From the NCBI RefSeq assembly GCF_006345805.1, contig NW_021835239.1, positions 1-41,094 on the forward strand: DNA of 41,094 bases, in the 5' to 3' direction. Of this stretch, positions 24,151 through 36,906 are shown piece after piece. The DNA comes from Octopus sinensis. Taxonomy: Eukaryota. Each line of letters begins with the position of its first letter. The stretch's first letter is position 1. The notes beneath the pieces are model-generated. The model was not told the DNA's origin. It made no database searches and saw nothing but the letters and a program-made list of their open reading frames with translations. The position numbers were made by a program, and so were the translations under genes.

Positions 24151-24949
24151 TAAGTCAATATTTTACAAAGATTTAAGAATTGTGAATAATAAAGAGATTA
24201 AAAAGTAATATTTTACAGATTTAATCAAATTTTGATCAAAGAAAAATACAATAAAATAAAGTTGATAAATCATGAAATATCAATAAAAATGTACAATAGA
24301 AAGAAAATCAATTAAAAAGATGCATTCAATTGAGATTAAACTAGTGTGACAATAGGCACAAATTAACTTGTAAAATAACTTTTTTCAAGGTATTCTACAT
24401 GTACCAAATATTTAATCAGCAATAAAATGCAAATAGAAAATTATACTTTAACAAATTTTGAATAAAAAGTAATAATCAACGTACAAAAACAAAACAAACA
24501 CAACAACAGGAAAGCGTGCAGAACACGCTATTGATAATAATTCGATATTTTTATTTATTTCAAAAAATAAATATTTTTAGAAAATATATAAGTTATAATT
24601 CGATAATTGATTATTTAACTTGATTTTTAAAAATCCTTGGAATAGAATTGTTTTTATTGTCCAAAAACCAAAACCTAACGAAAAAGGAGAAATCGTTAAC
24701 GAAAGATAAAAACAAAGCACTGAAGTCACTCTTTCAGTGTATACGCCAATTATAGTTATCAAATACAGATTTCCTTCAGGATCATCGGGATTGTGGGCGC
24801 AGAGGATACTTTGAGAGTCTTCAAAACTTCCTCAATTTGTCTCCGTAAGCCAATTTCACTACGAAACGTATTATGTCGCGACCCACGCTGGCGACCATCC
24901 CACGCTGGCGACCAGAGCGACCTTCATTGTTGACAAGATTGACAGGGCG

Positions 24950-25140
24950 ACCTACATAGTTTGACACTAATTACTGACATCGGCGAAAAGTCTCTTTCCT
25001 TTCTAAAAAAGCTTGGCCGCATGATCTCCCATAAACGGGGAGACCCACGCGAGTCCAAGTGGCTTTTCGAAAGGATTTCCTTGGCCATAGTACGTGGAAA
25101 CTGTGTTTCCATTTACGATGCCGGGAATTTAGTTAGTTAA
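24950..25140 (+). mobile_element. CRE-like retrotransposon C-terminal fragment
   Basis: IGEKSLSFLKKLGRMISHKRGDPRESKWLFERISLAIVRGNCVSI*, matching the C-termini of the other CRE copies in the window. Confidence 0.8.
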
Positions 25141-25329
25141 TAACTATTTGTTAATTACATATAAAATTACTGACTAAAGATAATTGCTAAAAAATCAAAA
25201 AACTTAACATTTTTTATCTCTATTCATAGTAACTATTTCGTAATTCGAACTAAATGTTTGTTAGGAAAGACAACTAACCATGAATCTGTATTTAGACATT
25301 ATATTTTTTACTTTTCCCTTTTCTTCATA

Positions 25330-26154
25330 TGGGGATTCAAATCTGTGTAGCTTCAATGACGGATTCGTCCCACAATCTTTTATTATTCGTTTCTAAAAAT
25401 AAATACATCGTAAACTTACCATTAAGTTCATCTTCGACAAACGATGGCTCGTTATTTTCATCTAAATTATAAATAAGATTATAACCTGGTATTTTATGAA
25501 TCACAGTGTTAATTCCAGAAATACCCCTAAACTTTTGAAGGGGGTCTCATTGATCGCCGAGTGGTGTGTCGTATTATAGGAAAAAGTTACTTTGTCTAAA
25601 AATTGTTTCCAATTTTTACGTATTTTTGGTTTTTGAAATCCAACCCGTTGTCCGTTTGCAAGATCTGAATATCCAATTTGATAAAACAATTTTTGGAATT
25701 TATTCACCACTTCTTCAATTAAATTTCAAGTCTTACCAGAAGCAGTTTTATTTTTTAAAGATTTGCGGACAACAAATTTACTGTCGATGTCAATAATTGT
25801 CAGTACCCAATTAGATCCATCGTTAAACTCTTTATATCTTCTAATATCAATAAGATCCGCCTGGAATCTTTCATTGGGTTTTCCTGCAGTTACATGGTAA
25901 TTAGAATCCGACACCTAGATACATTTTTTTAAATACTTTCAATGATAGGGCAGATTTACAAATTTCGCAGTCTTTTATAATTTGCTCGATGATTGGATGT
26001 TTTATAGTGAAATAGAATTCACTGCACTTTTTCTGAAGCTTTCGTATTCCCCAGTGGGATTCTTGGTGAATGGCAAATGCTAGTGTCCCCATCTCGATTT
26101 CATTGTCCAGACAAATGACCAATTTGTGTTTTTGGTTATTCTCGTCCTTTAGAT
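25330..26154 (-). pseudogene. Ginger-type integrase copy B, interrupted by a hAT MITE, internally deleted, with tiny introns
   Basis: HQESHWG...CEIC...LK|VSDS...PNERFQADLID...VLTIIDIDSK...TAS|EVVNKF...LQTDNG...YNTTHHSAINETPF. Introns at 25915-25936 and 25713-25736, candidate at 25393-25419. The N-terminus continues beyond 27158. Confidence 0.85.
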
Positions 26155-27150
26155 CAGGTGTTCTCAACCGGGGGCGAATCGCCCCCCTAGGGGCGGAAAT
26201 TTTGTACAGGGGGGCGATAATTTTTTACAAGGGGGCGATTTTAAAATAGCACGCTGTTTTTACATTCTTGTTTGGTATCTAAAATGTCTTCTCGCTCAAA
26301 TAAGAAAAGTCGTCATTATCAAAACGAATATTTAAAATATGGGTTTATTCAAAGTACTGAAGATACATAACAGCCTTATTGTCTTATTTGTCAATGTTCT
26401 TTCTCAAATGAGGCGATGAAGCCATCACGATTACAGGATCATCTAAAACGCAAGCACCTGGATAAATCAAATCGTTATTCACAAAGCCAGTACATGATGG
26501 TTATTTAACATTTATTTATATGCAGTTGTGGGTGCGCACATCGCTTCTTATAAAATTGCTGAAATTATTACGAAAACTTCCAGTTCTCATACTATTGCAG
26601 AAAATGCAATAATTCCATCACTGAAAGTAATAATATCGGATGTAATGCATCAAGATGCTTCTAAAATTATTAAAAGTCTACCTCTTAGCAATGATTCGAT
26701 TATTATTATTATTTAAGCCAAACAAAATCACCGTCTTAACCATTAACTAACACGTTCAGGTGATTCGTCGAAGAATTGGTGAAATGGGTGACAATGTAAA
26801 GGAAATCCTTATTGAAAGACTGAAGCGAAGTAAGTTTTCATTACAAATTGATGAGAGCGTCATTGTAGATAGTAAAGCTGTTTTAATGGGATTTAAACCC
26901 GACATAGAATACTTAGCGAGTAAACATCAATACCAAGAGTCTCACTAATAATTTTTAATAAAAATTCAATTTTTTACATTTGATTTATTATTTTATATTT
27001 TGATTTTTGAGTTATATACAAAAAACAACCAATTAAGGGACAATGCCCAAAAATTTTTAAATTGTATGTGGACAAGGGGGCGATAAAATTTCAAAGGGGG
27101 GCGATAAAATATCTAAGGGGGCGATGAACAAAAAAGGTTGAGAATGCCTG
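26155..27150 (+). mobile_element. Non-autonomous Buster/Charlie hAT derivative (996 bp)
   Basis: TIRs CAGGTGTTCTCAACC / GGTTGAGAATGCCTG (13/15). Perfect 8-bp TSD CTTTAGAT at 26147-26154 and 27151-27158. BED-finger and transposase remnants. GGGGCGA subterminal repeats. Confidence 0.95.
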
Positions 27151-27329
27151 CTTTAGATAAAGACTATGAGTTAAAGGTTGCAAATATACCGATCATTAAT
27201 AATGATAAATTGAGTCGCTTTTTTCATGCTAACATCTTTTGAGAGAAACCATAATTTTTTTTCTAAAATGACCATAATTTTTTTTTGAACTTATGAACGA
27301 GTCAGAAAGACCGTGTTCATCCACAACAA

Positions 27330-27770
27330 GTCTAAATATTACTGAAAGGACAAGCATATTTCGAAGGAATAATTTTAACTAACAGTCCAAGTCCACTTAG
27401 GCTTTTTCTGGGGAATCAGCAACCTTCAAGGCAAGAAGTTTAATAAAGCTGTCAATATTATGTCTAGTCATTATCTGCCACGTCAAATAAGATTTAGCTG
27501 CGGAGAATATGGTGCATCAAATCTTCGAATTATATGTTCTACTCTCACGCCTTCAAAATTTCCTTGTTTTCTATGGATTGGAGCATTATCCATATAAATA
27601 ATAATTTCCTCTCCAGCTAAACTGTCAGATAATGCCGTCATAAAATTGCAAAATTTCGATAGATCCAATGTGTGATTCAAATCTCACAATTGCTCCATTG
27701 TCATCAATTGCCAAAATAACGTTAAGATTCACTCCTTTGCTTGCCCTTACCGGAACTATCGCACGTGATC
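27330..27770 (-). mobile_element. Tc1/IS630-type (DDE_3) transposase remnant
   Basis: IYMDNAPIHR and APYSPQLNLI motifs. Confidence 0.8.
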
Positions 27771-27778
27771 CTATAAAG

Positions 27779-29839
27779 CAGTGATTCTCAAGTGCGGCCC
27801 CTAGGATTTAATTTGCGGCCCCTAGGTTTTATAAATGTTTTATTTTTTAATTTAATATTTTTAAATTTTATGAATAAAAAAATGTCACGTTTTTTATTTG
27901 TTGTTGTGATGTCTGATTCTAAACGTTGTCGAAAACTTTCCGAGGAAAATAGGATTTTTCAACACATCTGGGAAGAAAAATATTTCATTATTGAGATCAA
28001 TGGAAAGGCTCTTTGCCTAATATGCCATTCTATTATTGCAACTCTAAAAACGTATACAATCGAACGGCACTACCGTTTCCACTCTATTCTTTATGACAAA
28101 TTCACTGGTGTTTCTCGGACGAAAAAACTAAAACAAATGAAAGAAGATTATTTAAAACAATCATTTACTTTCAAAAGTGGCACATATTCGTCTAATATTA
28201 ACCTGGCATCATACAAAATTAGTTACCTATTGGCTAAAAATATGAAGCCTTATTCTGATGGCGAATTATATAAAACGGCAATCGAAATATTTGCATCGGA
28301 ATGTTGTTCGCCCGCTGTTTTCGATATTGCACACAAGTTACCTCTAAGTAACGATACTGTTACTAGAAGAGTCAGTGATATATCTGATAATCTGATTAAC
28401 GAACTTTTACAGTATGCAAATTGTTTTGTAATTTTTAGAATTTGTAAAGATTTTCAATATTATTCTTTTGCGCTTGATTGTTCCAAAGATATTTCAGATA
28501 TCGAACAATTAGTAGTGTTTATAAGGGGAGTAACATCTGACTTTCGAGTATACGAAGAATTTTTTTCATTGAATTCACTTCACGGAGAAACTAAAGGAAC
28601 ACAGATTTTTTCTCCAATTGTGAAATTAATTGAAGATTATCAACTGGATCCAAAAAAATTAGTTTCAATTTCAACTGATGGAGCCCCTTATATGATTGGC
28701 AGTAAAACTGGTTTTCGTGGACGTATGAATAAATGGAGGTGTGATAATAACTGGACTCCAGTATTATGGCATCATTGCATTATTCATCAGGAAAACCTAA
28801 TTTCCAAAAATATTAAAATGGAAAATGTTTCTGAAGTAGTGATAAAAATTGTCAATTGGATTCGGGCGAACGCCTTGAATCACCGAAAATTTAAAACATT
28901 TTTAACTGAAACCGATTCGGATTATGGCGATGTCCTTCTTTTCTCAGTAGTAAGATGGTTAAGCCGTAGCTCTTGTCTCAAAAGGTTAATTTCTTTTATT
29001 TTATATTTAGATTTTATCAACTTCTCCCTGAAATTATTTTATTCACTGAAAATAAAGTGGACAATGCATTATTGAAAGACAATAGATGGGTAGCAGATTT
29101 AGCATTTTATGTGGATCTATCGGTGCATCTGTCTGCCCTAAATGTCGAACTACAAGGGGAAAATAAGCTAAATTATCAAATTTATGGATATATAAATGCC
29201 TTCGTTAAGAAATTAATTTTATGGAAAGCGCAGATATCAAATAATGATTACACACATTTTCCTTATTTGTCAGAAAATTCCGAAAGTGGCTCAACTGATA
29301 AATATTTAAAAATAATTGAAGATTTAAATTTGCAATTTGATGCAAGATTTCAGGTTTTTAGTATTTAATTTAAGCTGACAGAGCTTTAAAGAAGGTGCAA
29401 ATTCAATGAGATTATTTGCATCTCCATTAATTATGAAAAGTGAGGAGGTTTCCGGGATTTACCAACTGGAATTGATTGATTTGCAAAATGATGTTGAACT
29501 GAAAAGTTTGTTCAACAACATTTCAATAATTGACTTTTATTCGAGAATTCCAGAGAACCGATTTCCGAATTTAGTCAATAATGCAAAGAAAAATTTAGCA
29601 ATGTTTGGATCAACATATGTCTGCGAATCGACATTTAGTAAACTCGTTCGAATTAAAACAAAGTTTCGCAGCAGATTGACTGATACTCATCTGAGTGATT
29701 TGTTACGTACTTCAACAAGTAGAATTAAACCTAATTTTGATTATTTGGTTAATAAATAATTCTTAAAAATTATTTGCGGCCCCTGTAAATTTTTTTTTTT
29801 AATTTGCGGCCCCTGAGCAAAAAAGCTTGAGAATCACTG
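27779..29839 (+). mobile_element. hAT (Buster/Charlie, GTF2IRD2/EPM2AIP1-like) transposon with perfect 14-bp TIRs
   Basis: CAGTGATTCTCAAG (27779-27792) and CTTGAGAATCACTG (29826-29839); subterminal TGCGGCCCCT repeats. The flanking 8-mers differ, so no TSD. Confidence 0.93.
27909..29759 (+). CDS. Apparently intact hAT transposase, 4 exons, 589 aa if started at ATG 27909
   Basis: Exons 27909-28411, 28439-28984, 29011-29353 and 29382-29759 total 1770 nt with no internal stop. Splicing restores ELLQ|ICKDFQYYSFALD, RWLSRSSCLKR|FYQLLPEI and ARFQ|SFKEG. Also contains STDGAP, HCIIHQE and STYVCESTFS. Confidence 0.85.
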
Positions 29840-31029
29840 ATTTAGCTTATTAATCTAAAAACCGATTTCTAAAGGTAAATTCGAATGAATCGTGTAAAAT
29901 GTGAAGATTTATAAAATGGACGTTAGTTCAAACAATAACGAACGATAGAGTTGAATTTAGTGTAATGATAGACCTACATTTTGCTAACTAATTACGAAAT
30001 ACAGTGCTGGTAGAAAAAAACCGGTTTTGCAGTTACTAACTTTTTTTGGCGGATAGCTATTAATTTTCTAAATGAAATATTGAGTTTGAAGTTGATTATA
30101 TGTATAATCTTTTTTACTTTTACACAACAATGCACATTCGCGTGGCCCAAAGCTTCTGCAGTGGGTTTCGCTTGTGCAGGACAACACACTTTATTTTTTA
30201 AGAGAAAGAACAGTTATTTTTTTAACTAATCCGAGGAAAGAGCCAAACAGACAAGAGAAAACTGTCCAATTTCTAACATTTTTCTTTTTATTGCGCATGC
30301 GTCCTTTTTAGACGATCCAGCTTCCCAGTAATATCGATGATATCACTGAGGACGTCGTCACTCGTCAACCCTTTTACTTTTAAAATAATTTCAATAATCG
30401 GCGAAAATTTTAAAAATTTAAATTTTTGCTTGTGAATAAAAAACCGGTTTTAACAAAAAGAGTTAACAAAATCAACAGTTAATATGTTGTGTGGTATCCT
30501 CGATTAATAAATAGCTCGTATGACCTTTTAGGCATACTATCAATTAACTTCTGAATACTTTCAGACGGCTTATGTAATTATGATCAGTTCTTGAAAATTT
30601 TATTATTATTAAATTATTTTATTTATTTTTCAAAAAATTATAAAAAATAATATATAAATCGATTTCTACACATTTCTTTCCGATGTTTTGTTGTGTTGTA
30701 TAGTCTATCTAATTTAGCTGAAAACTATTCTATTTAGCTTGAAACTATTTCATTTAGTTTAAAACTATTATCATTTAGCAAGGAAAATGATATAGAGTTA
30801 TTTATTTTTAATATTTATTGTTGTTTTTTGATATTCTTTTATTGCATCACCACTGATGACTTAATTGCTACTTTGATAAAATGATAATTTTTTCACACTC
30901 TGAGGTGATAAATAATGTAAATGATACCAATCCACATTATATTTATCTTTCATGCTGCATCTGGCCGGGCAGATTACTTATATATTGCGCATAGGAACAA
31001 TTTAGTCAATGTTCCTCATACTGACTGTT

Positions 31030-31420
31030 GTCTAGCGTGAAAATCGCTTGCTCGTCTCCTTCTCAATGGAGTTTGAGTCAAAGGAGCTTGCGAAGCAGTA
31101 CACACGGAGTTTGACAGTTCTTAAAATCCAGAGGAAATTATCTTTATTTTGAAACTATATGTTCGGAGTGCTTTTAATAGCACTAGACGTGATCATCTTC
31201 TAAAATATGCGTATATTCGCTGTACGGACGCCATTTGTAGCTAGTATGAACACGCCTAACCTTCTCTTCTTCAGGCCATTTAATCTATTAGTCCTCTTAT
31301 TGTTCTCACTTGTAGTTGATCACATCGCCCGTAATTCATCTTCCAAGCTGAACATGTGGTATTTCGATGACATCATTCTGAATGGTACACTTGACGTGAT
31401 CACGAAGATATTGGTTTTCT
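31030..31420 (+). mobile_element. Old CRE-like RT remnant
   Basis: Degenerate GVKGACEAVH, LKLYVRSAFNSTRRDHLL, LLFSLVVDHI...NMWYFDD. Confidence 0.6.
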
Positions 31421-31519
31421 CCGTTGTGTTGACCTCACCATTCCATGCTACCTCTCATTCATGGCTGCTACCCTGAATCGCATTAACTATGTTTATTTCC
31501 CTTGCTCGGAATTGTGCTG

Positions 31520-33880
31520 CCAAGTCTGGTCTTTTCCAGCCTCGACAAAAGAGAGAACCTAATATGTAGAGCAACATTTTTATTGACTTAAAAAAAATAA
31601 AAATTGCCCTTAAAAAGTCAATGTAATTGACCTTAAAATTTTAAAAATTGACCAAATAATTGACCGTAAAAATACTACTTTATTTTCATATATAAACTAC
31701 GTTTATGAAAATTTAAAGTAATTTTATTCATCGTTTATCGAGTTATTTACAATTAAGTAATATTTTACATTATCCACTTTAAAATTCTTATCCTTGGTTA
31801 AGATTTTGTTAAGAATCGAAAATGATCGTTCTACTGTGCACGAAGTTGCCTGACATTCAATCAACAAAGAATAATCTAAAGGTGAAATGGAATGATCATC
31901 GAAATTCATAATTTTTGTGATATCATTGGAATTCATCCTTTTGATTTTTTATTCCACACACGTCTTCTTTAAAATCCAATGTTTTCAAATAATTGAATGC
32001 TTTTTTTATAGTAAAATTGGTCGATTCTAAATCATCAAGCAAATGTAATAAAGGTGAATATTGTGATATTATCGTCGTTAGATCTTCATGAAGTTGTTCA
32101 TTAAATAAACATTCTTTCGCTCTTTTAATGAGCAAAGAATTTCCTTCTAAGGAAGTGCATACTTGAATAACATTTGGCAGGTTTGTAGCATAGTAAGAAA
32201 CAGCTTTAAGCCAGCTTCCCCATCTCGTAACTATTGGTTCTGGTGGGTACCCAATTTCCTTAAACAATTGTCTTCGATAATTGTTTTTTACAACAAGTGC
32301 TTTGATACAAGCAATCAATTTATCAACTTCGGGATAATATACTTTTATTTTAAGTGCACAATTATGCACTAAATTAGCAAAACATGTGATATGGTATAGA
32401 GTGGAATATAATAGCTTGAGAGTATTTCCTGCAGAAACCATATATGGAGGAGCATCGGTAATAAGGAGAGAAAAATTGTTTCTTTCAACATTCATTTTCC
32501 GAATAGTGTCATCAATTATTTAGAAGAATTCGGAGAGGAATCAATTTTTATACAATCTATTAGGTAAGATCTTTGCGGATTTTCTAACGTTCCAACTAGA
32601 CAATTCACAAATTTGTTTCTCCCAACATCAGTTTCGTCCACAATCAAAAAAACCTTAACAATTATACTATTCCAATAGACTAACTTTCTTATTTGAAATT
32701 AAATTAATTATTTTAGATATCTTTTGTTGTGCTAAAATTTCTACCATATTGCGGCAAGTAAACTCTGAAGGAAGTGGATGCCCGATACTTCCAAATAAGT
32801 TGATAATTGCTCGATTTCTCAATTTATAGAGCGGAATGTTTGCGGATACAAATGCTTCTGTTACGTCTGTTGCAAAATTTCTGAAGACATAATTTGGAGG
32901 AACAATATTCAATTGTTTTTTATTTGTGGATATATTATTTGTTCGGGAAGAGTGTTTCTGTGTTTCCCTGTGTTTGTTCACAAAAAATTGTTTCTTGCAT
33001 GTCACATGTAACTCACATAATTTACAAAAAAGCATTCCATTTGGTGTAATTGTAAACTCTTTAGGATATTTTTCACAAATATTTTTAGCTTTTTTAAAAT
33101 CCGAAGGTTTATTTTTAGGCATAAATACACTATAATTTAGTTTAAAATTTGTTACAATAAGAGACAAATGTCACTGCGACTATTTTAAATTTATTTTGAT
33201 GCTTTAAAGAATATTATTTAAATTTTTATTTAAAAATTGACCTAATTAAAAAAATTGACCTGAAAATCTAAAAAGTTGACCAAATTGACCTAAAGAACTT
33301 TTTATATAAACTTTTTTTTGACTTTATTTTAATTTAATCATTATTTTTAGACTTAAGTCTAACTCTGGATTGAAGTTGACTTTATTGACTTATGTTGCCC
33401 TACTAATATGGCTTATTGAAGTGTTTGTGACTTCAATAGATAACTTAAAGAGTGTGGAAGTAGAAAAACTGCACAAATACGACATTTTAGCTAGTGAATT
33501 ACAACTGATTCACAAGGCTAGGGTGAAGATTGTGCCAATTGTTATTACGTGGAATGGAATCGTCTCAACAATCTACCGCAAGTACATGGAGCTCCTTGGG
33601 ATTGAAGAACGTGTTCGGTCTTACATCCAGACTGTAACGCTGAAGGCCACTCTGGAGAGCATGTTTGTCGAGTACAAGCATGGCTTCAGTGAAATCCTGG
33701 ACTCTGCAAATTCCGTAAATAGGGACTGGCGGAAATATAATTTCTCTATGAAGATCAGCAAGTCCCTTAAGAGACCCAAAGACTACACGCACCAGGAGGA
33801 GATTGAGGATAATGGCGGGGAAGATCAAAGTGGAGTCATGGGGAACTTGGAAAGCAAAAATTTGAGAATCGTCTAATTAT
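31520..33880 (+). mobile_element. R4-like endonuclease/3' fragment split by the hAT at 31567-33402
   Basis: Rejoined frame LDKRENLIW|LIEVFVTS...EKLHKYD...IVPIVITWNG...YIQTVTLK, homologous to 10821-11300. Confidence 0.8.
31567..33402 (-). mobile_element. hAT transposon of the CGGBP1-like type, decayed, with 8-bp TSD and one 31-nt intron
   Basis: TIR TAGAGCAACAT / ATGTTGCCCTA (10/11). TSD CTAATATG at 31559-31566 and 33403-33410. Motifs FCKLC, ANIPLYKL, VDET, LITDAPPYM, HITC..LVHN, PIVTRWGSW, VERSFS. Intron 32654-32684. AATTGACC subterminal repeats. Confidence 0.9.
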
Positions 33881-33959
33881 TAGTTTAGCTCAATTTTGAT
33901 TATTTTTTTGTTTAAATTTCTTAATTGTATAGCATAACAATTTGCACTTCTTGTCCTTG

Positions 33960-34260
33960 GTAAAAAACGAATCTCATTTTTCTGATCAATGTTTGGAAAG
34001 ATCTGCCCAATGACTTCTTCAAGTGGAGAACGAGAAGCTCAGAAAATATGATCTCCTATCTAAAGAGTTGGAGCTGATAGATCAAGCAAAAGTGAAGATT
34101 TTACTTAAGTGGGATCCACCTGTGACTTCAAAGTTTATGAAGTACGAAAGATCATTAAATAGGAATGAGAGATTTTTCGCATATATTCAGTCGTTGACTA
34201 TAAAAAAAACTAGAATGTATGATTGTCTTTTGTTGATACAAAATTGAGTCGTGGAAAAGG
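33960..34260 (+). mobile_element. Second R4-like endonuclease remnant
   Basis: VENEKLRKYDLLSKELELIDQAKVKI...YIQSLTIKK. Confidence 0.7.
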
Positions 34261-34472
34261 AATAGCGTCGGATAGTAGATTCATTTGGAAAATGCTTCTT
34301 ATAGACTGTGCTTCTTATAGACTCAAAGGCCACTTTGTAAGATTATAATTTTTTCAATTTAAAAGAGTTTGTGAAAATAATCAAAATTAAATACGGTTAT
34401 TGCGAGGAATTGGATTATATGATTCCATAATACCAACGATTGTTTTATAATGTTATCATAATTTGTGATATT

Positions 34473-35435
34473 GGGCTTGCTAGGGGAACCAGTTTGGCTT
34501 GCTAGGGGAGACGGAAAGAGGCCTGACGGTCTATTCACCTTCCCATTCGAGTTTGGAAAATCGCTGATATTTTTTTTTTTTTTTTTTTTTTTTTTCAATA
34601 AATTTAATTTATACAAACAAGACAAAAATTACAGATAGCTAAGTTAGTTAAAGGCCTCACGAGACACCCGACCAGCCGCGCGAATGGCGAAGACGTTCCC
34701 TCGGATCACAGCAATCGACAGACGTTCCAGGAGCCAAGAAAACTCTCTTGGATCGTGACTAGTCCTTGAAATCCGTCGACCGAGCGAGCGAAGGAAGCGG
34801 AGTGTCTTGGGACCGAAGATCCCGGAGGACTCCAAGGCAATTGGAGTAAAGAGCAGCGAGTTGGACAGGTGGCCGTACTTGAGAATCTTTCGCTCCTCGG
34901 CCTGCCTGGAAGCGTGCCCAGGATTGGCGGCGGACAGCGCGAGATTTCCCAGCGAGAACGTGTCCGAGCAGGTAGAATCCCAAATAAGGGATTTCCCCTG
35001 CTCGTAGGGGAGGTGGACATGCCGTCAGGGCGTTTGCCATCCCCTCTACCATCGCTGATATGGGATTCAACTTGCTCAGACACTTTTTCCGAACAAAATC
35101 TTCCTCCTTCAGCTGTCGCAGCTGGCCCTGCTTCTTGCAGAGCAGAAGAATTAAAGATTTCAAAGTACACCAATCTCTCGGAACGCTATCTGTTTACCCC
35201 GATCGCCGTGGAGACCTCTGGCGTAATCGGTGACAGGTCACTCATTTTCCTCAAAAAGCTGGGTCGTCTGATTTCTCGCAAGAGAAACGACACGCGTGAG
35301 TGCGGATGGCTCCTTTAGAGGATTTCCCTTGCCATTGTGCGTGGAAACTGTTTCTCCATCTACGAGGCAAGGAAGTCCTCTTGTTAACTCTCTTTTCTCT
35401 CTGTTTTCTTTTATTACACAATTCATTATAAAAAA
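34473..35435 (+). mobile_element. 5'-truncated CRE-like element with 13-bp TSD, interrupted by a second CRE
   Basis: TSD AATTTGTGATATT at 34460-34472 and 35436-35448. Rejoined frame EPVWLARGDGKRPDG...GKSLI|WDSTCSDT...AVETSG...VRGNCFSI. Confidence 0.88.
34571..35050 (-). mobile_element. 5'-truncated CRE-like element with poly(A) tail and 11-bp TSD
   Basis: 26-nt T run at 34570-34595 on the + strand. TSD ATCGCTGATAT at 34560-34570 and 35051-35061. Minus strand encodes RGDGKRPDG...MESSGIFG...AVIRGNVFAI. Confidence 0.93.
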
Positions 35436-35733
35436 AATTTGTGATATTAAAACAAAGAGATAGAAGAAAAGCGTTAAGTCCCTGCGGCAAGGACGCAGTG
35501 TGCGTTGACACGAAACCTCGTACCATCCCTTTAGGGGAATTCTTGAAACCAAAAGACGAAGACTGGAAAATCCAAACTATCAAAAGGTCTACATGAGCGG
35601 AGGGCCAATCTTGCTGAACATGAATGTTAAAAATGGAAGTTGGAACTTTCGCAAGGAAGTATAGACCCTTTACAGTCGAATTAAAATAGAAATACATAAA
35701 GAATGACAAGGCTATAATAACACTCTGAACAGG

Positions 35734-36850
35734 ATGACGGAATTTAATCAAGACCTGGTAACGTCGAGTCTTGCTGTATTCTTCCTCAATGAATCCGTCC
35801 TCAATGTACACCTCGATGGTCCTGGATGGGCCCAATGCTCGCTCCCATTGAGATTTGGAGGTGCGGGAATCCGCACTGCATCCGATGTGGCACTTCCGGC
35901 ATATCTATCCTCCCTTTCGATGTGCAACAACCTGGCCTCTGAGATCCTACTCAAACCTTTCTGATCTTGCCTGGACGGTGCTTTGTCGGATGGGCTTATT
36001 TCCTGGGATCGCTCCTTTTCTGAGAGGCCTGGTGATTTCTCCTCCCAAAGGTGCCTGGGACACTATCGCATGCCGAACGTGTGTGTCTGAGCTCTCGGCA
36101 ACCCTTGACCAACATCGCCTGCCATGCCTTCGTGCGGCATCCGCCCCTCACTCTGGCAACTGGCTGAATGCTCTCCCTCTCTCCAGTATCGGGACGTGGT
36201 TAGACGATGCTGCCATACGATTCGGAGTCGCTCACCATCTCGGCCTGGATGTTTGCGTAAAATACCGCTGCAGATGCAGTAAGGACGTTGACGAAAAGGG
36301 ACTACACCCACTTTCCTGCAAGAGGAGCGCAGGCAGGGAACACAGACACAAGGCCCTCAATGGAATCGTGAAGGCCGGTCTCGAATCGGCAGGCCATTCG
36401 TGCCTCCTCGAACCGGTCAAACTCGATCGGGGAGACGGCAAAAGGCCTGACGGGATGGCAATATTCCCGTACTTGTCAGGGAAGGCCCTCGTATGGGATG
36501 TTACCGTTGTGGATATCTTTTCAAAGTCGAGGATCCATTCTTCCGCCGCGAACACTTGTTCGGCTGCAAACCACGCTGAAAAGATAAAAATACAAAAATA
36601 TTCTTCGCTCGCGGACCGCTACCGCGTTACGCCAATCGCCCTGGAACCGCGGGAAAGGAGACTGACTCGTTCCTCAAAGAGGTCGGGAAGTCCATCGGGA
36701 AGAGGCTCAAGGACTCGAGAGAGGGCCTCTGGTTCCGCCAGCGCATCGGCCTGGCCATTGTTCGGGGCAACGCACACTGCGTCCTCGCCGCTGGAACTTA
36801 ACGATTTTCGGTGTTAGTTGTTTTTTTAAATAAAAAAAAATGCAAAAAAA
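35734..36850 (+). mobile_element. CRE-like element, 3' third
   Basis: WAQCSLPLRFGGAGIR, PHSGNWLNALP, RCRC...HPLSC, DRGDGKRPDG...WDVTVVD; A-rich tail at ~36829-36850. Confidence 0.85.
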
Positions 36851-36906
36851 ATAAATATAATTTCATAGTGCACGTTTCTTCGGTTTTTGTTGACTGCTTT
36901 TTTACA

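Noticed and set aside
26698-26759. Intron in the hAT MITE between SNDS and VIRRRI
   Set aside because: It has CTAAC and a 3' AG but no GT donor, so it cannot be supported.
30360-30400. U5 snRNA loop I (CCTTTTAC)
   Set aside because: There is no flanking stem or Sm site consistent with U5.
35450-35730. Distinct gene or element between CRE copies
   Set aside because: It has coding-like composition but no motif I recognise, so it is left uncalled.
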